Virus record (IMG/VR): IMGVR_UViG_3300020045_006153
Coordinates: 289,234-353,233 of that record
Strand: one strand, 5' to 3'
DNA: 64,000 bases
DNA from: a virus
Lineage: Duplodnaviria; Heunggongvirae; Uroviricota; Caudoviricetes
Positions 20,716-31,267 of the stretch are shown here, in pieces. The position numbers and the translations under genes are program-made. The number at the start of each line of letters is the position of its first letter. Position 1 is the stretch's first letter. The notes beneath the pieces were generated by a model. It was not told where the DNA came from, did no database searches, and saw nothing but the letters and a program-made list of their open reading frames with translations.

Positions 20716-21173
20716 TGTCAATCTGGTATGCCAAAGTTAGCAACAGTCTTGCAAATTTGCCTGGATGTATTGACTATTTTTATAGTGAATTAAATGAGGC
20801 AAAGAAAGAAGTTAAGATATACGGTAGTATAGAAAAAGCAGCAGCGGCATTACCTGGTATTGTTGAGCAACGGTTTAATCAACTTCAAGAAATTGAAGCA
20901 GTATTAGAATTCTTAAACATTCAACTTCGTAAACTTCGTTCTAAATTATTTAAGAAATATCTTGAAAATTATGCTCGTGCTCTTAGTTCACGGGACGTAG
21001 AAAAATATGTTGACGGTGAGGAAGAAGTTGTTGACATGGAATTGTTAATTAACGAATTTGCATTACTTAGAAATCAATGGCTTGGTATTATTAAAGCAAT
21101 CGACCAAAAGCAATGGCAAATGACAAATATTGTTAAACTTAGAGCAGCAGGCCTAGAAGATGTTAGCATTTAA
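20715..21173 (+). CDS. uvsY: Recombination mediator
   Basis: Coiled-coil; KYVDGE; KQWQMTNIVKLRAAG C-terminus; between uvsX and uvsW. Confidence 0.8.
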   Translation: MSIWYAKVSNSLANLPGCIDYFYSELNEAKKEVKIYGSIEKAAAALPGIVEQRFNQLQEIEAVLEFLNIQLRKLRSKLFKKYLENYARALSSRDVEKYVDGEEEVVDMELLINEFALLRNQWLGIIKAIDQKQWQMTNIVKLRAAGLEDVSI

Positions 21174-21174
21174 A

Positions 21175-21199
21175 ATAAGGGCTTAGGCCCTTATTTTTA
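21175..21199 (+). terminator. Intrinsic terminator
   Basis: ATAAGGGC-TTAG-GCCCTTAT-TTTT. Confidence 0.8.
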
Positions 21200-21209
21200 T
21201 TAAAATATT

Positions 21210-22385
21210 ATGCATATAGAAAATATAATTAGCCAATTAGCATGGGCAATATCTCTTGCAAAACCGGATACGAGTATTGTTAATAGTATGTCGGATCAAG
21301 TGCAAGCAGGCCGTGGATTTACAGAAAAACAACGTACATTAGCGTTGAGTTTAGTGTATAAGTATAGAGTAAAATTATCTGAATTATTAAAACTTGATAT
21401 TCAACAGTTGCTACTTGCACCGACATTTAAGTATCCAGTACGCACTATTCAATATGCAAAGAGTATATCAGTTGTTGAAAAACTTTCAACAAAGGTTTTT
21501 GCAGCACAATTTCCATATAATGCAGAATTAGTTGACTCTATAAAACTATATAAAAATAGTAATCCTAAGTTTATATCTGGCGATATTGCATGGAATGGCG
21601 AATCTCGTGTATGGGAATTTGGGTATAATGAGCCAAACATTTTATTTCTTGCAGGTCTATTAGATCAAGGATTTACTTGTGATGATGCATTTGCTGAATT
21701 AGCAGAAATGGCATTAATAATCGAACACGACATAGAAAAACATATACCGATGCTAGTTGTCGAAGGCGGCAAGTTTTTGTATAAAAATACTATAAACTCT
21801 ATTCCTCAGCCGACGTCGACTAATTTAGTTGAAGTATTGTTAGCAGCAAGGCAGTATGGCATTACTTGTTGGGATGACAATATTGAAAATATAATCGAAT
21901 CTACCGGAATTAATAATGTAATTAAGACATTGCTTTCGTCTACTACCTGTTGTCCAGTAGTTGTTGAGAATTCAACAATGCACGATATAAAAGATGCAAT
22001 TCTTTATAGTAAAACCGTGTTATTTGTAATTCCTGGAGGAACTGAACAATTACATTTGTCCAATGCTCATACCTTCTTAAATCGATTATGTTATACTAAT
22101 GAACAGATATCAGTGATGTTTAGACTTGATAGTAGTTCAGGTAAAATGTGTAATGAATATATAAAAACACACAAACTCAATAATAGTATTAGTGATGATA
22201 CTAAATTTGTATTTGTAAGTGGTAAAATACCAAAGCCGTTAATTGAAGCAAACAAACGGTTTGATTTAGTGGTACATTTTGGTACTAACTCTGCTCATTA
22301 TACATTGAAGAATTTTATTAAGAATCATCATAATGTGATTAGCATAAACATGCTTGAAAGTGAACCGGAGTTAAAATTTGTCTAG
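21210..22385 (+). CDS. Hypothetical protein
   Basis: 391-aa ORF coupled to uvsW. Confidence 0.6.
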   Translation: MHIENIISQLAWAISLAKPDTSIVNSMSDQVQAGRGFTEKQRTLALSLVYKYRVKLSELLKLDIQQLLLAPTFKYPVRTIQYAKSISVVEKLSTKVFAAQFPYNAELVDSIKLYKNSNPKFISGDIAWNGESRVWEFGYNEPNILFLAGLLDQGFTCDDAFAELAEMALIIEHDIEKHIPMLVVEGGKFLYKNTINSIPQPTSTNLVEVLLAARQYGITCWDDNIENIIESTGINNVIKTLLSSTTCCPVVVENSTMHDIKDAILYSKTVLFVIPGGTEQLHLSNAHTFLNRLCYTNEQISVMFRLDSSSGKMCNEYIKTHKLNNSISDDTKFVFVSGKIPKPLIEANKRFDLVVHFGTNSAHYTLKNFIKNHHNVISINMLESEPELKFV

Positions 22386-23868
22386 TTGTAGAATTGTTAT
22401 TAAAGATGAAGTGAATGTAAAAATTGAGAACTTAGATCTTGATACTCGTAAGGCGTTGGTTAAAAAATTCAAATATGAAGATCCGACTGCACGATATCGT
22501 CCATCTTTTAAATTAGGCCGATGGGATGGTGCAGTTAGTTTCTTTGGTCTTGGAGGAACAACATATCTTTATTTGTTACCTCAGATCCTTGAGTTCTTAG
22601 AAGGTCGTAACTATTATATCGAAGTAGAAGACGAAAGAGTAAGTCCTCCCCTTGAATTTGAAAAAGTAACAGAAGAATTTTGGGGAGACCAAACTTGGCC
22701 AGCAGGACACTTATATGCCGGCCAAAAAATCAGACTGCGGGACGATCAAGTTGAGGTTGTTAATAAATTCCTTGAAAATCCCCAATGTATACAGGAGATT
22801 GCAACAGGGTTTGGTAAGACAATTACTACTGCTACATTATCAAAGATATGTGAAAAGTATGGACGAACAATTACTATTGTTCCGAATAAGTCGTTAGTTG
22901 AACAAACTGAGGAAGATTTTATTAATTGTCAGTTAGATGTTGGAGTGTATTATGGTGATCGCAAGGATTTAAATAAAACACATACTATTTGTACTTGGCA
23001 AAGTTTAAACATATTAGATAAAAAATCTAAAGATGAAGATGCTGATTTATTAATCAGCCTTGCTGAATTTTTAGATGGTGTACAAACTGTAATGGTCGAT
23101 GAAGTGCATATGGCTAAAGCAGATGTTCTAAAGAAATTACTAACACAGAATCTAAATCATGCAGCAATTCGTTGGGGATTAACTGGGACGATTCCAAAAG
23201 CCGAGATTGATCAACTTAATATTAAAGTATCATTAGGTGAAGTAGTTCATCAAGTTAAGGCACACGAATTGCAAGAAAAAGGCGTGCTCAGTAATTGCCA
23301 TGTAAATATTGTGCAAACAGCAGAGCATAAAGAGTTTGGTTCATATGCTGAAGAACTAAAGTTCCTTGTAACTAACAAAGAACGCGTTGAATACATGTCT
23401 ACATTAATTGCTGAGATTGCAAAAACAGGCAATACATTAGTCTTAGTTGATAGAATCGAAACTGGTAAATTGTTACAAACTTATTTGAGTAGCGTAACCA
23501 GTTTAATGACAAATAAGCCGGACGTTGCATTCATATCTGGAGCAGTTAAGACAACTGATAGAAAAGAAGAGTATGACGAAATTAAAACTTCAACTAATAA
23601 AATTATCATCGCTACGTACGGTGTTGCAGCCGTGGGTATTAACATTCCTCGCATTTTCAATATGGTTCTTATCGAACCTGGGAAAAGTTTTGTAAGAGTT
23701 ATTCAAAGTATTGGTCGTGGAATTCGTAAAGCAGATGACAAAGATTTTGTCCAAATATGGGACTTAACAGCAGCAACTAAGTATGCTAAAAAACACTTAA
23801 CGGAAAGAAAACGCTTCTATAAAGATGCGCACTATCCATTTACAATAGACAAAGTCAAATATCAATAA
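22378..23868 (+). CDS. uvsW: SF2 DNA helicase
   Basis: ATGFGKT, DEVH, GLTGT, QSIGRGIR. Confidence 0.9.
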   Translation: MSSCRIVIKDEVNVKIENLDLDTRKALVKKFKYEDPTARYRPSFKLGRWDGAVSFFGLGGTTYLYLLPQILEFLEGRNYYIEVEDERVSPPLEFEKVTEEFWGDQTWPAGHLYAGQKIRLRDDQVEVVNKFLENPQCIQEIATGFGKTITTATLSKICEKYGRTITIVPNKSLVEQTEEDFINCQLDVGVYYGDRKDLNKTHTICTWQSLNILDKKSKDEDADLLISLAEFLDGVQTVMVDEVHMAKADVLKKLLTQNLNHAAIRWGLTGTIPKAEIDQLNIKVSLGEVVHQVKAHELQEKGVLSNCHVNIVQTAEHKEFGSYAEELKFLVTNKERVEYMSTLIAEIAKTGNTLVLVDRIETGKLLQTYLSSVTSLMTNKPDVAFISGAVKTTDRKEEYDEIKTSTNKIIIATYGVAAVGINIPRIFNMVLIEPGKSFVRVIQSIGRGIRKADDKDFVQIWDLTAATKYAKKHLTERKRFYKDAHYPFTIDKVKYQ

Positions 23869-23882
23869 TTAGGAGAATAAAA

Positions 23883-24386
23883 ATTCAAATTTTAACTTTA
23901 GAAAATAAAACGTTCTATCTCAATGATCTTCCAGAAGAGGTCGATGATGATTTACGTTTCTCTGTGCTAGACAATAGTGATCCAAACAATCCGGACTACT
24001 TTTATATTCCGTTAATTTTTCTTGAATCATTTACCTGTCCAGCAGCAGTACTACAAATCGGACCATATGAAATTACGATGCCACTTGATTGGTGTGCAGT
24101 AGTAGGTGATCCTGAAGGTCCGGATATGGAAGTATTGCCAATTACAAGTTTAAACGATCGAGGGTTTAGGACATTTTGTTTTAATCCATTAAGTTCGTTT
24201 AGACCAGAATTTTATGACATTGATATTGTGAACATATATCAAGATGTTAAATGGTATTTTCCAAAAATGAAGCCAGGACAGTTACTCACTACGCCGCTTC
24301 ATGCAGGTGAAAAACCAGTGTGTTCATTTTTTGTTAAAGAAGTTAGTAGACAAAGCGAGTTGTTAGACTACACTAAATGTTGGTAA
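23883..24386 (+). CDS. Hypothetical protein, probable ATT start
   Basis: AGGAG at 23871-75, ATT at 23883 in frame with the track ORF (23964). Confidence 0.6.
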   Translation: MQILTLENKTFYLNDLPEEVDDDLRFSVLDNSDPNNPDYFYIPLIFLESFTCPAAVLQIGPYEITMPLDWCAVVGDPEGPDMEVLPITSLNDRGFRTFCFNPLSSFRPEFYDIDIVNIYQDVKWYFPKMKPGQLLTTPLHAGEKPVCSFFVKEVSRQSELLDYTKCW

Positions 24387-24402
24387 AATAAAGGAGAATA
24401 AT

Positions 24403-24669
24403 ATGGGAAAACTTACACCGGGCATTACGCTTATATACGAAAGTCCAGATAAAGGCGAGACAGTTTATGCTAGAGAAGCAGGCACTGATAAAAAGACATT
24501 AGTTGGATATAATTTTCCGAGAGATAAATCAGTTCAACTCACACACGCTAAGTTATGGGCAGATATACATGAAGCAGCACTGACAAATGCAGAGTTGCAA
24601 AATTTGTTGCAAATGTGTATAATTGTATATAACACAATTAAATCACCTGTCTTACACCATCCTGTATAA
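24403..24669 (+). CDS. Hypothetical protein
   Basis: AGGAG RBS; IYESPDKGETVYAR. Confidence 0.65.
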   Translation: MGKLTPGITLIYESPDKGETVYAREAGTDKKTLVGYNFPRDKSVQLTHAKLWADIHEAALTNAELQNLLQMCIIVYNTIKSPVLHHPV

Positions 24670-24671
24670 AA

Positions 24672-25136
24672 ATGGCAACCGCAAAACTTGATATCAAAAG
24701 AGAATTAGAAGCAGTAGATACTCGTAATTACGAGTTTTACGATAATTTAACCGATGACGAACGTAAAGTATTCAGTCCGTATATTCTAATGAGATATACT
24801 TCAAATGTTCAAGGCGACCGCGATATTCAAGAATGGTTTGTTGAAATGACCAATGAACTTGTAAACAAAGATCATTGGTCATTGAGTAAGGAACACAAAG
24901 CACTATTATGGAAATTATTTGCAGGTACAGGTGCGGGAGTAAAATGTTATCATCCGTATCTTGCAGCAGGTAAAAAAGAAAAAGCAAATAAGATTGAAAA
25001 ATTATTATGTGAACTTAATCCGGCTATGAAAATGGAAGATATTAAATATCTAGCAAGTATAATGGACAAGAAAGACATAACTAACTTATTTGATAGTTTA
25101 GGTTTTGATAAAAAGCAACGTAAAGATTATGAATAA
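24672..25136 (+). CDS. Clamp-loader small subunit-like (T4 gp62-like)
   Basis: FSPYILMRY..N motif, size, replication context. Confidence 0.55.
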   Translation: MATAKLDIKRELEAVDTRNYEFYDNLTDDERKVFSPYILMRYTSNVQGDRDIQEWFVEMTNELVNKDHWSLSKEHKALLWKLFAGTGAGVKCYHPYLAAGKKEKANKIEKLLCELNPAMKMEDIKYLASIMDKKDITNLFDSLGFDKKQRKDYE

Positions 25137-25326
25137 TGAGTATACATCTACCTCTGACTTTAGTATAAGTTGGACAACAGTTAATTGTGAATTTAACTCA
25201 TTTAAGGATGTGTACGATTTTTGCAAATTAAATTGCAGAGATATGTTTGCTATTGACAATTTGCAGCACCAATTGCGATTTAAAGACGAACGAGATGCTA
25301 CTTTATTTTCTTTAAAATGGAAATAA
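25129..25326 (+). CDS. Small hypothetical protein
   Basis: C-terminal FKDERDATLFSLKW motif. Confidence 0.45.
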   Translation: MNNEYTSTSDFSISWTTVNCEFNSFKDVYDFCKLNCRDMFAIDNLQHQLRFKDERDATLFSLKWK

Positions 25327-25544
25327 TAATGAAAGATAAACTAGGCAATTCCTTTCATATAGGATGCAAAGTAGTACGGGCTATTACAGATGGACATCTT
25401 GCAATATGCGAAGTAACACAAATAATAGGCGAGAGTTTGTATTTAGATCACAGTAAACAACCTATTAAATTCCCAAGTCGGTTGTTAATTATAGAACAAG
25501 ATCCGCTGTATAAATTAGTAAAGAATTACAAACCAAATGATTGA
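25317..25544 (+). CDS. Small hypothetical protein
   Basis: Coupled ORF. Confidence 0.5.
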   Translation: MEIIMKDKLGNSFHIGCKVVRAITDGHLAICEVTQIIGESLYLDHSKQPIKFPSRLLIIEQDPLYKLVKNYKPND

Positions 25545-26232
25545 TTTAGTTGACCAACCGTATACGTGTGTACACTGTAAGAAGAGTTTTATGAAAAATA
25601 AAACTCTTATTTCTCATATGTGCGAAGGCAAGAGACGTGCTTTACAAAAAGATGAGAAAAGAGTACAGACTGGAATGGTTGCATTTAATCGATTTTACAT
25701 CCTTACACAATTTGCTAAGAAAAATAAAACGTACGAAGAATTTTGCAAGAGTTCATATTACAACGCATTTGTAAAATTCGGTTCGTTTATTAACAACGTA
25801 AATCCGTTGTATCCAGATAAGTTTGTTGACTACGTGATTAAGAGCGGTGTTAAATTAGATGACTGGTGCAAAGATTCATTGTATGAAAAGTATTTGTACG
25901 AAATGATTAAAACTGAGCCAGTTGAAAGTGCAGTACAACGATCATTACAAAATATGATGGACTGGGCAGATTCTAACAATGCACAATTTAATCACTATTT
26001 TAATTATGTAAATCCAAATAGAGCAGTACAGGATATTCGCAATGGAAAAATCACTCCGTGGTTAATTTTAAATTGCAAGAGCGGTAAAAAAATGCTAAAT
26101 GAGTTCAGCGATGAACAGTTGGACATGATTGCACCTGCGTTAGATATGCAATACTGGTTAAAGAAATTTAAACAAATACCGGCAGATACTATTCTAGTTA
26201 AAGAAATATGTAAAGAGGCTAGTATAACATGA
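25537..26232 (+). CDS. Protein with N-terminal Zn-finger-like motif
   Basis: YTCVHCKKSF..LISHMC. Confidence 0.65.
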   Translation: MIDLVDQPYTCVHCKKSFMKNKTLISHMCEGKRRALQKDEKRVQTGMVAFNRFYILTQFAKKNKTYEEFCKSSYYNAFVKFGSFINNVNPLYPDKFVDYVIKSGVKLDDWCKDSLYEKYLYEMIKTEPVESAVQRSLQNMMDWADSNNAQFNHYFNYVNPNRAVQDIRNGKITPWLILNCKSGKKMLNEFSDEQLDMIAPALDMQYWLKKFKQIPADTILVKEICKEASIT

Positions 26233-26825
26233 AAGTTCAAGGAGATGTAGATATTGATTTTGCAAATAGGGATGATTTATTATCCTTAATTCCACACGTA
26301 GTTGCGAGTAGATATGAAAAAGGCGAATTAAAGAAACACAATTCTGGAATTTATTTACAGAATATTCCGAAAAATCCATTAACTGGAATTTGCTCTATTG
26401 ATTACGAAGCAGCAGCAGCACGGGGATATTTTAAAATTGATTTCTTAAATGTATCTGCATATCAAGGAATTAGAAATGAAAAGCATATTGAACAATTGCT
26501 TTCTATAGATCCTATATGGGAATTATTATATGAAAAAGATATATGTGACCAATTAGTGCATGTAAATGGATACAATCAATTACTATCTAAATTGAGACCT
26601 GCCAGCATAGAAGAACTAGCAATTGTACTGGCGTTGATTAGACCGGGAAAAAAGCATTTACTTAGTAAATGTTTAGAAGCCGGATATACTAGTATTAATG
26701 ACGAAATATGGACTAAACCAGAAGATAACAGTTATTACTTTAAAAAATCACATGCTACTTCTTATGCACATTTAATTGTTATGCAACTAAATAAAATTTG
26801 TGAAACGGTTAGCGCATCTTCTTAA
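26229..26825 (+). CDS. Short family-C DNA polymerase (DnaE alpha-like) fragment
   Basis: DVDIDF, KHNSGIY, GYFKIDFL, LALIRPG, YYFKKSHATSYA. Confidence 0.8.
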   Translation: MKVQGDVDIDFANRDDLLSLIPHVVASRYEKGELKKHNSGIYLQNIPKNPLTGICSIDYEAAAARGYFKIDFLNVSAYQGIRNEKHIEQLLSIDPIWELLYEKDICDQLVHVNGYNQLLSKLRPASIEELAIVLALIRPGKKHLLSKCLEAGYTSINDEIWTKPEDNSYYFKKSHATSYAHLIVMQLNKICETVSASS

Positions 26826-27189
26826 CGTTTTTAACCAATTGAATTGATTTACGTTTAACCCTCTTCTCGGCTATTTCACTTAGATTAACAATAGGACCAA
26901 ATACAATTTCTATATCTTTAGAATTAAATGTTTTTATGTATCCCCTATAAGGAATCATATCAGATTTTAAAAATATATTGATTGGAATTTTTCTATTGCT
27001 TTCCCACCACCATACATCGCCTGCTTCTAAAAAGGCTTGTTTTTCCACCTCGGTTTTGATTACAGCGAAGTCATAGATGCTGGCTACGTTGTTGTCAAAG
27101 TTTATGATGATGCCTATATATTCGATCTCGTTAGATTTAATACATGTCATAAACGGAAAATTCTTCTGAAAGTTGTCTTTTGTTGTCAT
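26809..27189 (-). CDS. Hypothetical protein
   Basis: WWWESNRKIPINIFL; intact ORF. Confidence 0.65.
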   Translation of the reverse strand: MTTKDNFQKNFPFMTCIKSNEIEYIGIIINFDNNVASIYDFAVIKTEVEKQAFLEAGDVWWWESNRKIPINIFLKSDMIPYRGYIKTFNSKDIEIVFGPIVNLSEIAEKRVKRKSIQLVKNVKKMR

Positions 27190-27210
27190 TGATTACGGTA
27201 AATACATATT

Positions 27211-28089
27211 ATGAAAATACCAGTTTATTTATATACCAATTCCTTCGAAGTTATATTGGATCTGGATAATAACAATAGGATAGTACAGATTATGTATCAA
27301 CGAGACCTTACTTTACAAAAAGGCGTCAAGAATAGAGTTCAATTACAGTTTAAAAACAGTGATCAGAAACTGTTGAATGTTTCTACATCAAGTTTTGTCT
27401 TTATATTATTTGATACAGTTAACCAACGCAATATAGTTGAAAAGGATGTAACTATCCTTGATACCGGCTCCACTTCAACAACTTATGCAAGTAAAGGGCT
27501 TGGAGAAGTAGTGTTCTCTGAGAGTGACCTAGACTCGTGTGATACTGTGTATTATAAATTTGGTGTAAAAGCAATGGATACAGATGGTAGTTATGTTCCT
27601 ACTTACGCAAATACGTATTACGGAATAAGCGGTACACTTGAAGTTAAACATGATTTATATCCTACATTAATTCCTAGTCAAGAAATTACAAAATTCAGTA
27701 CATACTACAATGCTGATGTAGTAGCACAGCAATACGAATATTATTCAGGTAATCTAAATGCAAAACCTGAATTTAACTCAAATACTGCATTACACACTGT
27801 AGCAGTTTATATGAAAAAATTTCGAGGACGAGTACTAATCGAAGGAACATTAGAAAATGATCCGTCGTCTTTTGGTAACTATGCAACAATTAGCGATATC
27901 ACATATAATCAGTTTACCGGAATTGATTATACTAACTTTAATGGTGTATTTTCAAAAATACGTATTCGATATATTCCTGCAAAAGAACCAGTTTATCAAA
28001 GTAACGATATTAATGCATCAGATCTAACAACAAGAGCAGCGATCCGTGCATATGCCGGATCTGTAGACAAAGCATATTACAGAAGTTAA
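27211..28089 (+). CDS. Hypothetical (possibly virion) protein
   Basis: TAAATA directly upstream; beta-rich composition. Confidence 0.55.
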   Translation: MKIPVYLYTNSFEVILDLDNNNRIVQIMYQRDLTLQKGVKNRVQLQFKNSDQKLLNVSTSSFVFILFDTVNQRNIVEKDVTILDTGSTSTTYASKGLGEVVFSESDLDSCDTVYYKFGVKAMDTDGSYVPTYANTYYGISGTLEVKHDLYPTLIPSQEITKFSTYYNADVVAQQYEYYSGNLNAKPEFNSNTALHTVAVYMKKFRGRVLIEGTLENDPSSFGNYATISDITYNQFTGIDYTNFNGVFSKIRIRYIPAKEPVYQSNDINASDLTTRAAIRAYAGSVDKAYYRS

Positions 28090-28098
28090 ACTATATGT

Positions 28099-29094
28099 AT
28101 GAATCTCATACAAGCAAGTGTCCAATCAGCATTACCACCTAATCGAAAGTTAACCACTGGCGGATGGGTGTCATTCAATGCTCCGTGCTGCATTCATAAA
28201 GGCGAAAGCGCAGATACAAAGAAACGCGGCGGGATTTTATTTTCACAAGATGGATTTATCTACAGTTGTTTTAACTGCGGATTTAAAGCAGGATGGCAAC
28301 CTGGTAAGATGCTAAGTCAAAATACAAAGAACTTATTTCATTGGATGGGAATGCCAGATAGTGATATTAATACTTTGATTGTTGAAACATTACGTGAAAA
28401 GAATGCTATACCAGTTGCGTCAAAAGTACTTAGTTTCGAATTGCATGATGTTGCATTGCCCGATGAGTGCCTGCCGATTATAACTTGGATTAATGAAGGA
28501 TGCGAAGACACGAAACTTCTTAATGTTATTGAATACATTTTAGGTCGAGGTCTTACATTAGATGATTACAACTGGCATTGGAGCAGTGCAACCGGCTACT
28601 CTGACAGAGTATTCATACCGTATTACTATCGCGGTAATGTAGTAGGATGGAATGGTCGTAAGATTAGAGACGGTGCACCGAAATATCTTAAGTCGGCACA
28701 AAATGGATATGTGTTTAACATCGATGCGCAGAATTATGAACGTGCATTTGTAATTGTAGTAGAAGGTGAGTTTGATGCAATCTCAATTGGAGGAGTTGCA
28801 ATAGGTAGCAACAATCCTAACGAAACACAATGCGCAAGGATAAATGCATTAGCAAAAGAAGTAATAGTAGTCCCAGACAGAGATAAAGCAGGTGCAATGA
28901 TGCTTGATGCTGCAATAGCAAACGGTTGGAGTATGAGTTTACCGCCTTGGGGCGATGATATTAAAGATGTAAACGATGCAGTAAAACGATACGGTAAAGT
29001 ATACGTATTAGCAGTAATATTACATTATAGAACATCTAACAATCTACTAATTGAATTAGAAAAGAAAAAACTAGAAAGAATTCATGGCAATTAA
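28099..29094 (+). CDS. DNA primase (gp61/DnaG-like)
   Basis: Zn-binding CC..CFNC; VVEGEFDA; PDRDKAG; KDVND. Confidence 0.9.
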   Translation: MNLIQASVQSALPPNRKLTTGGWVSFNAPCCIHKGESADTKKRGGILFSQDGFIYSCFNCGFKAGWQPGKMLSQNTKNLFHWMGMPDSDINTLIVETLREKNAIPVASKVLSFELHDVALPDECLPIITWINEGCEDTKLLNVIEYILGRGLTLDDYNWHWSSATGYSDRVFIPYYYRGNVVGWNGRKIRDGAPKYLKSAQNGYVFNIDAQNYERAFVIVVEGEFDAISIGGVAIGSNNPNETQCARINALAKEVIVVPDRDKAGAMMLDAAIANGWSMSLPPWGDDIKDVNDAVKRYGKVYVLAVILHYRTSNNLLIELEKKKLERIHGN

Positions 29095-30568
29095 ACAAGA
29101 AACTAAAAAAACAAACTACAGTCAAGACGTACAAAAATTATATTTAGAAATGTTTTTAAGTGATGCAGAAACTTTCATACGTTGCCAAAGTATTTTTGAT
29201 CCAGAAGCGTTTGATCAACGGTTGCAAGACACTGCAAAGTTTATTACAGAATACGTAGATAGTTATAAAATTATGCCAGAAGTTGCAATTGTTAATGCAA
29301 CGTGTAATTCAAATCTAACTCAACTTGATTTACCAAAAGAAAATTATGATTGGCTAATGGAAGAATTTGAAAGTTTTTCTAGGCACAAAGCACTCGAACA
29401 TGCAATTATTAAATCTGCAGACTTAATTGAAAAAGGCGATTATGGTCCAGTAGAAAAAATGATTAAAGATGCTGTTCAAATTAGTTTAAATCGCGATATG
29501 GGTACAGATTATTTTGACGACCCCCGTGCACGATTAATGAAACTTAAAGACGGTAATGGACAAATTAGTACAGGGTGGCCAAGCGTTGATCGTAAGTTGT
29601 ACGGAGGATTCAATCGTGGCGAACTTAATATTTTTGCGGCTGCGTCCGGAGGCGGTAAGAGTTTATTTCTTGCTAACTTAGGAGTAAATTGGGCGCTGCA
29701 AGGCCTTAATGTTGTATACTTAACATTTGAATTAAGTGAAGCATTAGTGGCCATGCGACTAGACAGTATGATGACAGGTATTCCAGCGCGTGAAGTATTT
29801 CGTTCTATTGATGATGTGGAATTGAAGGTTAAAATGCTGGGAAAAAAGGCGGGAAGTGTACAGATCAAGTATATGCCCTCAGGGAAAAATTGTAACGATA
29901 TTAGAGCCTATTTGAAGGAATATCAGGTCAAAAAGGGATATAAACCAGACGTTTTGTTAATAGATTACCTTGATTTGATGATGCCTTTATCTGTGAAGAT
30001 AAGTCCTAGTGATCTGTTTATTAAGGACAAATATGTATCAGAAGAACTTCGTAATTTGGGCATGGAAACTAACACATTAATGGTTACTGCATCGCAGTTA
30101 AACAGAAGCGCAGTTGAAGAAATCGAGTTCGATCACTCGCACATTTCCGGAGGATTGTCTAAGATTCAAACTGCAGATAATGTAATCGGTATCTTTACTA
30201 GTCGCGCTATGAAGGAGCGTGGCCGCTATCAGATTCAATTTATGAAAACACGTTCTAGTTCAGGTGTTGGACAGAAAGTTGATCTCGAGTTTAACGGAGA
30301 TACATTGCGAATCGGTGACCTTGGAGATGAAGAAGATACAAGTAGTTTTAATCAAGGTGGCGGGCAGAAGCAAATGCCAAACGGTACCAATGCAACTATT
30401 AACTCGTTTAAGAAGACGAGTACAGTTAGAGAAACAGTTGATCCCGATACTGGAGAGATTCGATCTGCAGATCCTAAGTCAGGCATTGCAGCACCAAAAG
30501 TTAAAGCAGACGCCGGTGGCTCACAAATACGTAAAATGCTAGCATCTATTAATACAGAAAAAGATTAA
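29084..30568 (+). CDS. Replicative helicase (gp41/DnaB-like)
   Basis: AASGGGKS, IDYLDLM, TASQLNR, KTRSS. Confidence 0.92.
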   Translation: MAIKQETKKTNYSQDVQKLYLEMFLSDAETFIRCQSIFDPEAFDQRLQDTAKFITEYVDSYKIMPEVAIVNATCNSNLTQLDLPKENYDWLMEEFESFSRHKALEHAIIKSADLIEKGDYGPVEKMIKDAVQISLNRDMGTDYFDDPRARLMKLKDGNGQISTGWPSVDRKLYGGFNRGELNIFAAASGGGKSLFLANLGVNWALQGLNVVYLTFELSEALVAMRLDSMMTGIPAREVFRSIDDVELKVKMLGKKAGSVQIKYMPSGKNCNDIRAYLKEYQVKKGYKPDVLLIDYLDLMMPLSVKISPSDLFIKDKYVSEELRNLGMETNTLMVTASQLNRSAVEEIEFDHSHISGGLSKIQTADNVIGIFTSRAMKERGRYQIQFMKTRSSSGVGQKVDLEFNGDTLRIGDLGDEEDTSSFNQGGGQKQMPNGTNATINSFKKTSTVRETVDPDTGEIRSADPKSGIAAPKVKADAGGSQIRKMLASINTEKD

Positions 30569-31228
30569 ATGATACCTAAATTGATTATTCAGGTATATGC
30601 AAGCAGTATACCTATGCCAGGTGAAATTAGACAAAATATAGAACATATTAAAACGATTAACACTGGATATCAGCATAAATTGTTTGACGAAACAGCAGTT
30701 AGAGAATATATTCAAAACAATAGTTGGCCAGAACTACTTGAGCAAATTGATCGTATAAATCCTAAATACTTTGTAGTACTGCTTGATATATTTAGATATC
30801 TTATTTTGTATAAAGAAGGTGGTGTGTACCTTGATATTAAAAGTACATTATCTGCGCCATTAGATGATGTACTTTTATCTAGCGATTTGTTTTTACTACC
30901 TGATAATGCTTATAATATTTTTTTGCAATGGTGTGTTATCTCAGTTCCTAATCACCCATACCTTAAATTAATACTCGATACAATAGTGCATACATTAGCA
31001 AACTATCAATATCAAATCGACGGAGTTGGAGAAAAAGGAGTATTTAATGTATCGGGATCGGGGATGTATTCTCGATGTATTTTGTCATTGTTTAACCCTT
31101 CCTTACACCGAATAGTTAATTTATCTACAGTAGGTATAAAATATACTATTTTTAACAAGTCAACTGCGCATAAGTTGCTATTTAATAAACCACATTATAC
31201 TACATTATTGGCAAAATTAGTTATCTAA
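30569..31228 (+). CDS. Glycosyltransferase, GT32/OCH1-like
   Basis: IPKLIIQ..DIFRYLILYKEGGVYLDIK..HP. Confidence 0.8.
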   Translation: MIPKLIIQVYASSIPMPGEIRQNIEHIKTINTGYQHKLFDETAVREYIQNNSWPELLEQIDRINPKYFVVLLDIFRYLILYKEGGVYLDIKSTLSAPLDDVLLSSDLFLLPDNAYNIFLQWCVISVPNHPYLKLILDTIVHTLANYQYQIDGVGEKGVFNVSGSGMYSRCILSLFNPSLHRIVNLSTVGIKYTIFNKSTAHKLLFNKPHYTTLLAKLVI

Positions 31229-31267
31229 CTCGTTAAGTTTGTATGCATAGTATGTTATACTAATTGT

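Noticed and set aside
4581-29868. Antisense ORFs inside core genes (e.g. 4581-5036, 17653-18204, 18640-19083)
   Set aside because: Fully overlap well-supported genes; no RBS or motifs
14438-30568. Inteins in terminase, UvsX, UvsW or helicase
   Set aside because: Normal lengths; no splice-junction motifs noticed
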